A stretch of DNA of 61,450 nt from Mobula birostris (lineage: Eukaryota). Under the pieces are notes generated by a model. The model saw only the letters and a list, made by a program, of their open reading frames with translations. It had not been told where the DNA came from and searched no databases. The position numbers and the translations under genes were made by a program. Within the stretch, counting starts at the first letter, position 1; every line of letters starts with the position of its first letter. The stretch is from the NCBI RefSeq assembly GCF_030028105.1, contig NC_092373.1, positions 45,427,451-45,488,900 of the forward strand. Direction: 5' to 3'. This document shows, piece by piece, positions 1 to 12,979 of the stretch.

Positions 1-1125
1 GTATTGGGGGCAGAGTACTTGCATGGATGGAAAATTGGCTGGCTGACAGAAAACAAAGAGTAGCGACTAATGGGTCCCTTTTGGAATGGCAGGCGGTGAC
101 CAGTGGGGTACCGCAGGGTTCAGTGCTGGGACCGCAGCTGTTTACAATATATATTAATGATTTAGATGAGGGAATTAAAAGTAACATTAGCAAATTTGCC
201 GATGACACAAAGCTGGGTGGCAGTGTGAAATGTGAGGATGTTATGAGAATGCAGAGTGACTTGGACAGGCTGGGTGAGTGGGCAGATGCATGGCAGATGC
301 AGTTTAATGTGGATAAATGTGAAGTTATCCACTATGGTGGTAAGAACAGGAAGGCAGATTATTATCTAAATGGAGTCAAGTTAGGAAAAGGGGAAGTACA
401 ACGAGATCTAGGTGTTCTTGTACATCAGTCACTGAAAGCAAGCATGCAAGTACAGCAGGCAATGAAGAAAGCTAATGGCATGCTGGCCTTCATAACAAGG
501 AGAATTGAGAACAAGAGCAAAGACGTCCTTCTGCAGCTGTACAGGGCCCTGGTGAGACCACACCTGGAGTACTGTGTGCAGTTTTGGTCTCCAAATTTGA
601 GGAAAGACATTCTTGCTATTGAGGGAGTGCAGCGTAGGTTCACAAGGTTAATTCCCTGGATGGCAGGACTGTTATTTGTTGAAAGATTGGAGCGACTGGG
701 CTTGTATACTCTGGAATTTAGAAGGCTGACAGGGGATCTTATTGAAACATGTAAGATTATTAAGGGATTGGACACGCTGGAGGCAGGAAGCATGTACCCG
801 CTGATGGATGAGTCCAGAACCAGAGGCAACAGTTTAAGAATAAGGGGTAGGCCATTTAGAACGGAGTTGAGGAAAAACTTTTTTTCACCCAGAGAGTGGT
901 GGATGTATGGAATGCTCTGCCCCAGAAGGCTGTGGAGGCCAAGTCTCTGGATGCTTTCAAGAAAGAGATGGATAGTGCTCTTAAAGATAGTGGAATCAAA
1001 GGTTATGGGGATAAGGCAGGAACTGGATACTCATTGTGGATGATCAGCCATGATCACAGTGAATGGCGGTGCTAGCTCGAAGGGCCGAATGGCCTAGTCC
1101 TGCACCTATTGTCTATTGTCTATTG
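1..1125 (+). mobile_element. CR1-clade LINE, 3' part of ORF2 (RT) and 3' UTR; truncated by window start
   Basis: ORF 27..1043 has VTSGVPQGSVLGP, KFADDTK and RPHLEYCVQFWSP motifs; frameshift near 880; ends in a (CTATTGT)n tail. Confidence 0.92.
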
Positions 1126-1600
1126 ATGTTCATGCCTTCAGGTTGGATTCTACCCAAATGGAACATAAGGTGTTGTTCCTTCAACTTAAGTGTGGCCTCA
1201 TCATGACAGTGGAGGAGGCCATGGATAGACAGGGGAGTCACTTTTTCTGGCGGACAGAGCATTGGTGCTTGGTGAAGAAGTCTCCCAATTTATGTCAGGT
1301 CTCACTGATATACAGGAGGCCAGACCAGGAGCACCGGACACAGTATATGACTCCAACAGACTCACAGGTGAAGTGTCACCTCACCTGGAAGGACTGTTTA
1401 GGGCCCTGAATGGTAGTGAGGGAGGAGGTGTAGGGCATGTGCAGCACTTGTTTCACTTGCAAGGATAAGCACCAGGAGGAAGATCAGTGGGAAGGGATGA
1501 ACGGACAAGGAAGTCGCGTGGGAGCAATCCCTGTGGAAAGCAGAAAGTGGAAAGGGGTGGAAGATGTCTTGGTGGTGGGATCCCACTGGAGATGGCAGAA
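1126..1600 (-). mobile_element. Penelope-like element fragment (GIY-YIG region), degenerate
   Basis: Reverse complement resembles 53160-53590 (GTGAAGTGTCACCTCACCTGGAAGGACTG, GTTCATGCC...AGGTTGGA). Confidence 0.75.
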
Positions 1601-4600
1601 ATTTTGGAGAATTATATGCTGATTGATCCAACCTCTCTTGGTAGCATATGCCCTGTAAATCAGACAGCATCCTGGTTAACCTCTTCTGCCCCCTCTCCAA
1701 AGCCTCAACATCCTTCTTATAGTGGGGTGACCAGACTCTATGCAATAATCCAGATGTGGCCTAACTGTTGTATGTCTATTATGAGGAAAATTAACATTAT
1801 AAAAACTTTACGGTGCTTTTATTAATCTTTGTATGTACGATATAATAGCATAACCCTATCCTGTTTGGCTTCAAATATACTCCTGATGTGCCAAGTGTCT
1901 TAGTGTCTTGGGTGAATTTTGAGGTAAATCCTTCTGTGGCTCATTGCTGTTAATTACAACATCATTTATGCTAATTACAGCAATTATCTAATAGTGCAAA
2001 GTGATTGTCCAAACTGAGGAATTTGAAGGTATCTGACTGATTGTCATTTATTACAATATGTAAGGCAATCGGAATTTATCTTGGTAGGGAGCAGAAGTGT
2101 AAATATTAAGTATTGCTTAGTACAAGGTTTGCTGGCACTTCCAATTAGTGTATTTAATTACAAATATATGTAAGGATTTTAAAAATATATTAAATTCTTC
2201 TCCATTTTTAAGTATTCCCTCAAGATAGAGAATGTCATGTTCCCCGGGAGAGATGAGGCAGTTGTTGCACACAACCAACTTCCTTGGTAAGAACTAGGTC
2301 TTGGTCCTGTTGCAGGGAGAATGGAACTTTCAAGACAGCAGAAAAGTGGCTTTACTATACAGAGTTAGCATATATGTGCACTTCACAACAATACAGACTT
2401 GGATGCGCTCCTTCTCTCAGCACCCCTCCCTCACAAACTCATACCCTTATCCTCTTCTGGAGTTTTCCTACCCCTGACCCCTTTCTGCTAATTGCCTTCT
2501 TCAGAAACCCCACTCTATCGGTCCTCATTCTTGTCTTCCTCCATTGCTCACCTCCTTCTCAATGAGCCTATTCCGTCTTTCTTTCCCTCCTGACACCACA
2601 TGCACTCCACACCGTTGACCCCAATCTCCATTTGGCAGCTGATCTAATTAAATGTGATGCCACCAATCGATTGCTGTGGATTGGCCTCTTAGGAGATCAT
2701 TCTTAAACTGCTATTACCCTGCTCTTGCTCATGCCCATTTCCAACAGCATAACGAAGAGTTCCACCTGCTCTCCCAGAAAACCTCAAAACTTTAACTTGG
2801 CTTCCTGATTCTGTGCAATATCAGCAGGTTGAACTCTCCTGGTGGATTCCAGTGCCTGAATTCCCTGCAGATGGGAGGGAAGATTCACCCTGCAGAAGGA
2901 GAATGTTGCACTCAACTTCACCCAGCAGAAATGTTACAGTTTTATATCACATCATATTAGGTGGCACTATTTCTGAAACCGGTGCAAGCTATTGACAACT
3001 GCGCTGCTCCAAAGAGTGCTATATGAGGTCATTCTTACAATCAGACATTAGGTTCTATAATGAGTCAACCTATAGCTGGGGAAGTGATGACCCCATCCTG
3101 TTAGACTGTTTGAACCAACTTATCTTTTATTTTTTTCTTGCTTCTCTTTTAATATTTGTATATCTGTGCACTTGAAATAGTACTGTGACACTATAATTTC
3201 CTTTGGGATCAAAAAAGTATCTATTTCTGATGTGCATTCTTCTTCTAACTTCTGTTAACATCATTTAATTTCAGGTAGATTCTGAAACTTATAGGCAGAA
3301 AAATAATATTTATGTCAGTCACGATAAAAGGTTTACCTCAAGGTTCAAAAATTAAATTAAAACTTAATCTTCTAATCATTAATAGTTTGAATAAACTAAT
3401 TGAGATTCTGTCCTCTGAATGATAGTTGCATCAAAATAAACTATAAAACTCTTCCAAACCATTCATTCTACAGCAGCAGTCATAGATATTAACTACATTC
3501 CACGTGACTTCAAAGTTCAAAAGTTGAAAGTAAATTTATTATCAAAGTACATATATATCACCATATACAACCCTGAGATTCATTTTCTTATTTATTACTA
3601 ATTTAATTGCTGCTTTGATTTGCAAATCTTCATAATAAAGTTGACTTACTGTTGTGACATGAACATTCCACACAGCTGTTTGCTGATCGTCCTGTTAAAG
3701 ACTGAAGTTACTGTTTTGCTACACCACTTGTGAGGTTTAAAAGCATTTTGAAATTCATATGCAGATGAGTCAATGAGTGCCATTGCTGTACGCAGGGAGG
3801 CCTGGTCCTCCCAGTATTGTCATGGTAATTTTAAATGAAAGTGAAGAGTTGCCATTTTCATTGAACTGTGCTTTTTATTTTCTGGAATTCATTCATTCAC
3901 TGTCACAATGAAAGCTAAATGCACAGATTTTCTATTTATGTTCACAAAATGTAGGTTCAAACTGACATGACCAAGGTCAGATTTGTCATTAAAGACCTTA
4001 AAAAAATGGGGAACTATTCTTAGCTTTATTTTCCCGTCACTATATATTACTGTTTAGAAGAGCGCTCATGTGTTTTTATGTGTATTGGGTCCGGTGCAGT
4101 TCCTATTAACCCCTAAGCAGCCAACAGACTTTCAAGTTTCTTAGGATTTTTATACATATCAGCTTTCACATATCTTGACTACTGTAATGATTGATTCAAA
4201 ATGTCAGGAATAGCACAATGCTATAACCTTAAATCCACATATGTAAAACACAAATGATTTAAAACTTTAAATCATAAAGCCTTTTTCATTTGTATTACAT
4301 TGTCTCTTTCCTTTTTTAATCTTTTTAACTTTACTTTTCCCTATCACAACACATGCTTGGTTGAAAGCAAATTCATATTCTGTAAGGGCTAAATGCTGCA
4401 TTTACTCCTTCATCTGCTTTTGAACAACTATTTTAGAGATGGAGCAACTTTGAATAAAAGCAATTTTTCCCACCTCACATATATATTTCACGGAAATATC
4501 CTAGCATTTTAACTCCTTCATGAGGTTACTCATCCGTGCTAGAAGTGGTTAAAGGTATCAAGCTCACCAACATAAGGCAGCATAATTAAGATTGTAATGT

Positions 4601-5675
4601 ATCAGTCTATATTGCTCATTTCCTAAACCCTGAAGCTCTCTTGCAAGATGTTTTCGAGCATTGCCTGATTCAGGATTGTTCTTGAGGTTAATTCCAGGCA
4701 GTGGTCAAGAAAAAAATTCCAACTGTGATCCTTCAGTTTTTCCATCTCTCTAAAGAACAGCCTGACTCCAACTCTGCACTTCAACAAATCAACATCAAAA
4801 TCAGAGTGCAGCAAACTGCCCTAGTCATCCTATTTATTTTGAGTAAATAGAGTGATATAAAATGAGGGTCACGTGAAATATAAAATGGAAGAAAATGTGG
4901 ATTATCATTGGGTAAGTGAGATCATATTTTAATATGAATTTAGGGGTTCATTTAAGGATCTCATGAGTTGGTTCCAACATATATAAAAATAATATTGCTA
5001 GCAATCTTGAAATCAACATTCGCTTGTGTGATTTTTGAAAAGTTATATTGCATATTTATTTCATAACTAATGAAAGACATTTGTGGAGTGGACAACATAA
5101 TCCCCTTTCTTTCTGTATTTATTGTCATGCAAAAGGAAACATTTAGCTTTTGTATAAATTGTGACCAATACCTCGTGGTTTCTGGAATGTGCATGTCAGT
5201 TAGAACACTCTCATGACGTACTTCACATTCTTTGCAAACTTACCATCAGCAATTATTAATAACAATGCTGTAAAAACCCTGAGAATAATTTCTTTCTCTA
5301 CATGGTCAGTATATTTATTATGGCATTGAAAGATTGATAATCAGATCATGTTTGAATATTACATTCAGTTTTGTAGACAAGAATGGATGCAAGTAAATGC
5401 TTTAAACTTAAATATGGACAGAGAGCTTAAAATTGAGCTACCTAGCGTGATCTGGCAGCTCTGATTAAGGGTTCAGTCAACTGAGATACTGTGGGAGACA
5501 TTGAAAGAGCCTTTTAGAATCCAGAGATTAGATGATTCCAATAGCAAAGAAAAATCCATGGGGAGGTGGTGTGAGTTATCTTCTACTGTAAGCTAAAAAT
5601 AAATTAAAGACAATTTCAAAGCTAAAAAGGTATATAAATGAACAAAGATGGCAGTAGGTTATAAATTTGACAGAA

Positions 5676-5938
5676 TATAGAAACATAGAAAATAGGTGCA
5701 AGAGTAGGCCATTCGGCCCTTCGAGCCTGCACGGCCATTCAGTATGATCATGGCTGATCATCCAACTCAGAACCCTGTACCTGCCTTCTTTCCATACCCT
5801 CTGATCCCTTTATCCACAAGGGCCATATCTAACTCCCTCTTAAATATAGCCAATGAACTGGCCTCAACTGTTTCCTGTGGCAGAGAATTCCACAGATTCA
5901 CCACTCTCTGTGTGAAGTTTTTCCTCATCTGGGTCCTA
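5676..5938 (-). mobile_element. CR1 LINE 3' end
   Basis: RKNFTQRVVNLWNSLPQ...KGIRGYG peptide and a (CTATGTTT)-type tail on the minus strand. Confidence 0.85.
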
Positions 5939-6029
5939 TTAAAATGAATGATTAATATTTTAATAAGAAAGGGGAAATTAGAGTACAACATAAATTTAAT
6001 CAAAATATAATAAAGAAAAATATTTTCTA

Positions 6030-7460
6030 CAGACATTTTTGGAAGTCTGGGAAATAAGTTACAGAAAACAAGGAGATAACGTGAATTAAACAGAAGTCTT
6101 TACTATAGAACACACAAGTAACATGACAGAGGTGGCTTTAAGTCGGGTATTGGAAGGAAGGGAGAAACTCTGATAAACTATGCCTGGGAAGTAGAACTGA
6201 ACAAGTTGTATAAGGTATAGTGGACAGGTCTGAGATTTCAATATGGGGCCTTAAAACAAGTGGCAACTGAGAGATATTTGAGCAGTTGGCTTTAATTTTA
6301 TAAATTCCTCTAGATTCAGAGAAGTTTCCATTAGATTACCTCATCATTTATACAGGTTCTTATTGAAGACATCAGGACAGGATGATTAGAAATAAAATCA
6401 AGGTAATCACCTGTCCAGCTCTTGGCTCCATCCCTGCCCCTCCCACTTTCAAATCTCTTACTAGCTCTTCCTTCAGTTAGTCTTGACGAAGGGTCTCGGC
6501 CCTAAATGTCGACTGTACCTCTTCCTAGAGATGCTGCCTGGCCTGCTGCATTCACCAGCACTTTTGATGTGTGTTGCTTGAAGGTAATCAGGGTGGTGAT
6601 TTTGTGGAATTTGTTGCCATGTGCAGCTGTGGGTGTATTTAAGGCAGAGATTGATAGGTTCTTGATTGGACGTGGCATCAAAGGTTACAGGGAGAAGGCC
6701 AGGAACTGGGGTTGAGGAGATGAAAAGAAAGATCAGCCATGATTGAATGGCGGAGCAGACTTTATGGGCCAGATGGCCTAATTCTGCTCCTATGCCTTAT
6801 GGTCTTACTTTTATGGTCATTTTTTTTGTGAAAGGGAAACTCTACTATGGCAATTTATTGCATTTTTGAATAAGTAGCATGTTGTACATATGGATTTCCA
6901 GTTGGCTTTAAGGTGCCGTATCATAGATTATTATAGAAAATGAAAGCTTATCATATAGGAAACCACATTTTGGCATGGATTGAAGATTAGATAGCCAACA
7001 GGAAACAAAGAAGAGTCTTTTTTCTAGTTGGCCAGATGTTATAAGTGGTGTGCTACAGGGATCAGTGATCAGTATTTTTAATTTTGGATGAACGCACTAA
7101 AGGGATAGATGGTATAGATGCCAAATTTGTTGATGACAAAAAAAAGGCAGTAAATCACGTAAAAGGATATAAAGAGGCCACAAAAGGATATGGATAGGTT
7201 AAGTGAGTGGGCAAAGATACTACAAAAGGGAGTGTAATATGGAAAAAAATGTAATTGTCCCTGTTGGTAGAAAATATAGTAAAAAGGCACAATCATGTGA
7301 TAAATGATTGCAGAGCTCTGGATCTGAGCTACTGCAAGATTTTAAAAAAAAGCTAGCACAACAAATAAATCGGAAAGTTGTCACTACTCTTTACTTGATT
7401 GGTTAAGCTTTAGGGTTTTGGAGACACCACAGCTGGAGTATTCGTCTCCTTTTTTAGAGT
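6030..7460 (+). mobile_element. Old, highly decayed CR1 with nested younger insertions
   Basis: Residual RT motif DNA (AGTGGTGTGCTACAGGGATCAGTG, AAATTTGTTGATGACA); younger CR1 3' end at about 6590-6805. Confidence 0.6.
6410..6580 (+). mobile_element. Penelope pLTR fragment, non-inverted and tail-less, with degenerate hammerhead
   Basis: Same family as 58035-58442; flanked by AAGGTAATCA at 6400-6409 and 6581-6590; core mutated (TTGACGA, TAAAT). Confidence 0.8.
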
Positions 7461-7544
7461 TAGAAGCAGTAAGAGATAAAATGGAAACTGGACCTTCAGC
7501 CCACTGTCTCCAGACCCACTATCAAGCATCAATATTGTTTCTAA

Positions 7545-7785
7545 TACTATCTCAACTCTTGTATTTCCCCAAAAGTATCATCAACCATCCCCACTCCCAA
7601 TTCTTCCACTCACTGCACACTAGGGATAACTTGAAACATGCTCATTTTGGGGATGTAGAACACCAGAACACCAAGGTGAAAATCCAAGTGGGCACTGAGA
7701 GAATGTGCACATTTCACATAGACTGTATCCAAGGTCAGGTTTGAACCTAAGTCTCTGAAACTGTGAGGCAGCAGTTCTACCAGAT
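7545..7785 (-). mobile_element. HE1-like tRNA-derived SINE, decayed
   Basis: AGGTCAGGTTTGAACC...CTGTGAGGCAGCAGTTCTACC is the reverse complement of a tRNA-like head; similar to 11000-11215 and 17190-17430. Confidence 0.55.
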
Positions 7786-8931
7786 ATTCATATAAGGAAA
7801 TTGTATCACTATTCTTAAAAGTCTTGTTTAATCTTGCGTGGAGATATTCCTAACAGGAACAAGTGTAGTAAAGACCATCAATCTTTATCCTGTGATGGAA
7901 TTACAAGGCATATAGGTAAACAGAGTGAGGTTATGATGGAAAGTAACATGCTGATGTGAATGAAATTTGAAACTTTCAAAATTGACCTTTGTCAGAACAA
8001 GTACAACTTCAGTGGATTTAAATTGAGCTGTTTTTCACCATTAGCTGAAGGCGAGACCCACAGTTGAGAAGACATGCAATGATGAAAGCAAGATGCATGA
8101 GGACATCATGAGGTTACTTCTATAATTAATTCTTGCATCAGTGTTTTGAACCAATTATTGAAAATGTTAAAAGGCATCTCTTATGTCTTACTTTGGCAAT
8201 GATAATCAGTGGTTCATACGTTACAACTATAATCAGACAAAATCATCACAGAAGCATGCAACAGAGATACAAGCTCTTTGATCCCACCTAATCCATGTCA
8301 ACATGATGCCATTTATCGATCCTAGACCCAAGCCCCTGTATTCCATTCTATCCTAATACTGTTACCTAATACACTGGGTACTTTGAAGATGCCTTTTGAA
8401 ATGCTATCAAAACTGCAAATTATATTTTTAATCTCATGCACAACATTCTCTCAAAGAAAATAATTCCATTGGTGAATGGCATTGGGTTATGCTCAAACAA
8501 TAGCACTCTGTACATTAAAAATTTAAGAGGATAAAAAACAGATTTCTATTATTAACAAAAACTATGTTGATGCAAGGTTAGCCTCCTCGCTCGTGTTAAC
8601 CCAAATGTTCACAGTAATGAAAGTCTCTATCTATGTGAGCTGATTATGTTGTTTCTGTTTCTTCCTTGAAGGTAGCATAGTTGTAAGCTAAGATTGTGAT
8701 TTCTCTCAAACTGAAAATATAAACATTTAAAGACTGACAGTTGCAGGAACAACACAAAAATCACTAAAAATTATGATCTTGCTAAATTTTCCTGAAAATT
8801 TCTCAGTAGATTCATAGAATCAATCAGTCTTGAAACATCTATAGCAATTGGCAATATATAAATTCAAGTTCAACTTTAATTGACGTTCAACCTTACACAG
8901 CAATACAGCCAAACGGAACAGTGATCCTCTG

Positions 8932-9190
8932 AGAACACACATTAAAGTTGCTGGTGAACGCAGCAGGCCAGGCAGCATCTCTAGGAAGAGGTGCAATCGG
9001 CGTTTTGGGCCGAGACCCTTCGTCAGGACTGACGAAGGGTCTCGGCCCGAAACGTCGAGTCCTGACGAAGGGTCTTGGCCCGAAACGTCGACTGCACCTC
9101 TTCCTAGAGATGCTGCCTGGCCTGCTGCGTTCACCAGCAACTTTGATGTGTGTTGCTTGAATTTCCAGCATCTGCAGAATTCCTGTTGTT
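8932..9190. mobile_element. Penelope-derived inverted-repeat insertion with tandem hammerhead cores
   Basis: About 95-bp inverted arms; 12-bp TSD AGTGATCCTCTG (8920-8931 and 9191-9202); tail on the right arm only. Confidence 0.9.
9058..9093 (+). ncRNA. Minimal type I hammerhead ribozyme motif (Penelope-associated)
   Basis: AGUC-CUGACGA-A-GGGU(CUUG)GCCC-GAAA-C-GUC^GACU: intact core, stem I AGUC/GACU, stem II, palindromic ACGU in place of stem III. Confidence 0.8.
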
Positions 9191-10124
9191 AGTGATCCTC
9201 TGGGGCCAGGGTTCAAGATACAGTACCAACAGTCACACACAGCACACATAGCACAGATAACTATGATGGCAGAAAACATAGTTACAACAAATATATAAAA
9301 ATAATAATAATATAGCCCAATTCCCTGAATGTCATGGCTGGTAGATTGATGGTGCATGGATGTTGTTCTGGAGCCATGTTTCTGCAAGAACAATCCACAG
9401 CAGATCCTCATTTCACGCAATTACAGCCGCAGATGAATGCAATCCAGCTTGTCTTCCCAGAAGTGGGAAACAGAACTGTATAGAAAGACTGAATATGACG
9501 TTCCACAGAATATTTGTACATCATTTCATTTGCAAAAACACCAAAGGTTTAGTACAGACATAATGAATTTCACTGCGGCAACTGTTTATTGTTTCAGAAG
9601 ATGTCAATTCACAATCCAATTTCAAAAAAACAAATCATATTGGTATTGCTCTTAAAAAAGAAAAAAAGTATGCATTTTCAAATATTTGGGAATCTTAATG
9701 AATACCTCCCCTGAGTTATAGCAGGTGAATGTTAAATTGATGTAGAATTTATTTATTATCATGCACCATGGAACAAAGAAATATTGGGAGTCCAATTTAA
9801 AGACACGCTCCCATCTTAAAATAACTCAGGTTTAAAAGTTCTCTAATAGAATATGTTTTTAATTGATCTGGCTAATGCCTTGTTAAAGATGGTCTCCAGT
9901 CACTTTCAGTGCTTCCAATAATACTGAGATAGGAAAAATAATTTCCTTCATAACAATATGAAATTCAAGACAGCTATAATGTAATGTATTGTGAACCCTT
10001 TCTGGCATCTCTAATGAAGCATTGTGTGATGATGTTCAATTCTCTCCATTGAATACAAAATGGTCATGTGTTTCAAATTAAGCAAATGATTTGCACAGGC
10101 ACTAGACCAAAGTGTTTCCGGCAT

Positions 10125-10982
10125 TATTGATGGCTTTGTGGCAAGGTTTGCATATGATATGAAGGTAAGTAGAGGAGTAAGTAGTGCTGAGGAAGCAATG
10201 TGATTGCAGAAGGACATAGACAAATTGAAAGAAAGGGCAAAAAAGTGGCAGATGGAATACAGTGTTGGGAAAAGTATGATAATGTATTCTAGTAAAAGGA
10301 ACAAAAGCACAGATTGTTATCTAAATGGGGAGAAAATCTAAACATCAGAGGTCCAGAGGGAGTCCTCGTGCAAGACTCCCAGAAGGTTAATTTACAGGTT
10401 GAATCTGAGGTAAAGAAGGTAAATGCAATGTTGGCATTCATTTCACGGGGAATGGAATATAAAAACAAGGAGAGAATGCTGAGGCTTCATAAGATGCTAG
10501 TCAGGTGGCACGAGGAGTATTGTCAACAGTTCTGGGCCCCATATCTCAGAAAGTATGTGTTGTCATTGGAGAGAGTCCAGAGGAAGTTCACAACAATGAT
10601 TCTGCGAATGAAGGGATTAACATATGAGGAGTGCTTGGCAGCTTTGGGCCTGTACTCGTTGGAATTTAGAAGAATGTGGCGGGGGGGATCTCATTGAAAC
10701 CTACTGAATGTTGAAAGGCCGGGATAAGGTGGATGTGGAGAGGATGTTTCCTATGGTGGGGGTGTCCAGAACTAAAGGGCACAGCCTCAAAATTGAGGGG
10801 CGACCTTTTATAACAGAGGTAAGGAGGAATCTTTTTAGCCAGAGAGTGGTGAATCTGTGGAATACTCTGCTGCAGTCAGCTGTGGAGGCCAAGACTGTGG
10901 GTGTATTTAAGGCGAAAATTGATAGTTTCCCGATTGATCAGGGCATCAAAGGTTATGATGAAAAGGCAGGTGTATGGGGTTC
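10125..10982 (+). mobile_element. CR1 LINE 3' fragment
   Basis: ORFs 10314..10697 and 10708..11007 (EYCQQFWAPYL, SQRVVNLWN). Confidence 0.85.
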
Positions 10983-10999
10983 AGTGGGAACTTACATTA

Positions 11000-11215
11000 A
11001 ACCCTAATCTTACTTTTAATTTCCTACCACTTTCATTAACTCTCCCCAGATTTTTCCACTCACCTACAGATTAGGGGCAATTTGCAGAAGCCAGTTAACC
11101 CCTCAACATGCATGAGGCAACCAGAGGGCCAGGAGGAAACCACGTAGTCACAGAGAGGATGTGAAATCTCCATAAAGGCAGCAACTTAAGGTCAGGATTG
11201 AACCTCTACCTCTTG
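11000..11215 (-). mobile_element. HE1-like SINE, decayed
   Basis: AGGGGCAATTT...AAGGTCAGGATTGAACC shared with 7545-7785 and 17190-17430. Confidence 0.5.
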
Positions 11216-12979
11216 CGGCTCTTCTCAACTACAGCAGATTTTTGCATTATTTTTCCCTATTGGCAGGTTGCTTTTCAACAATTTAAATGGTTTTATTGAG
11301 CCAGCCGGATGCAGAAGTTACTGGGTTTGCTTCATTATTCCCACAAAGCAGGCAAAATAAAACCTTAAACTTTGATCTATAGTTAACAAGGGGATTGGTG
11401 CCGAATGTAACACCCTAAGTGATTTCTACATATTCTCTGTTATAGGGCTGAAATTTACACCTAAGACTACTTCATTTCTTTCTCTGGCCTTCTAATCTGA
11501 ACGGATGATACTCACAAAACGCTGTAACCAGTATTTTAAGTAATTGATGTCATACTTTCCACTGGAGCATGAATCAATTATAGATGAGGTAATGTAGTGA
11601 GTGGATGGTTCTAAATTCAGGGATCATATTATCAGGGGTAATGGTAAAGTGTTAACATATTTTAGATAATGGGATCTGTGGAACTGCATATTATCATTCA
11701 TAGTTTCAGTTCTTGGGATTTTTTCCCCCTTAAAACACCATAAATGAAACATCACTTTGGTGCTGAGTTTTGCTGGTTGGTAGTGACAATTCTGATCAAA
11801 CCATCCAGGTTCAGTTACTAAAATCCTAGTAAGTCCTGGAATTCTACACGGGCGCTATTAGTCTGACATATCGACAATCTTGCTGGGATCTTGCAGGGGC
11901 CTGAAGATCCTCACTCAATAATTTAGAAACAGCTTCTTCCCCACTGCCATCAAATTTCTCAGTGGTCTGCGAGCTCATGAGTACTACCTCATTATTCCTT
12001 TCTTTTACACTGTTAGTTTATTTTGTAATTTATAGTCATCTTATGTTTTTGCATTGTCCTGTTGCCACAAAACAACAAACGTCACAGCATTTCACACCAT
12101 TTAAGTCAGTGATAATAAACCTGCTTCCTCCACTTTATGATGGAGAATTGACGCACAGGCCAATGCCAGGCTGGAACTAATGTGGTCCGTAATTTCAGTA
12201 GAGATACTGGACTGTGGTTTGGAAGGCATAATAGGAGAAAGTAAATTATTTAAAACATATACGGTTGATTTAAATCATTTAACTATCTCTATGTGTTTTA
12301 AGTGTTTCAATAACTTTAAAAATTGTTTAAAATCTTGGCGATCTTTGACAGGTGCCAAAGCCCCACCTCCACTTTTGCTTCAGTCTGGACCTGTGCGTTG
12401 GCCTGCACTGTCACCGACAGCTAGTTACTGCCCAACTCGAGGGTGTGAACTCCCACTTCTGTATATACAGCTCATTAGCATTCGCTGTGTTGGATCTGTG
12501 GACATAATTCTAGGAGTTAAGTTGTTCCCAGCCATATAATAATAAACTTTTTACCCATTTCTCATTAAAGATCATTAACCTGATCAGGAAGCCGTTAGTC
12601 AGTCTTGTTTCTCTCTCCGCAACTGCTGTCCAAGCTGCTCTGGATTCCCTCCCAGCATTCTGTTTTTGTTTCATGTAATTTCACCTTTCCCTAACATCCA
12701 ATTTTACGAACAATTGCCTTCCACGATTTCACAATTATTACCATGCTTTCTACGAAATGAATTCCCAATGTCACGATACTAGCTTTCATCTGACTCGAGA
12801 CATCCTGAGATCCCACATTTATGTTCCCATAATCATCAAACAATGCAGCCTCTATGATGCCATAGAGAACTTACGATGGTGCTATAATGACTATGGAGTC
12901 ATTCTGCATGAGAATGGCATAATTTTTAGGTGTAATTTGACGTCAGTTTGGCATGTATGCAGGAAACTGAAGCAAGCTA

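Noticed and set aside
4623-4814. Minus-strand 63-aa ORF with protein-like composition in apparently non-repetitive DNA
   Set aside because: No recognisable homology and weak splice signals; a TBLASTN or RNA-seq check would be needed to call an exon.
8035-8115. Possible small exon (minus strand MHLAFIIACLLNCG..., signal-peptide-like)
   Set aside because: Too short, no partner exons identified, compatible with chance.
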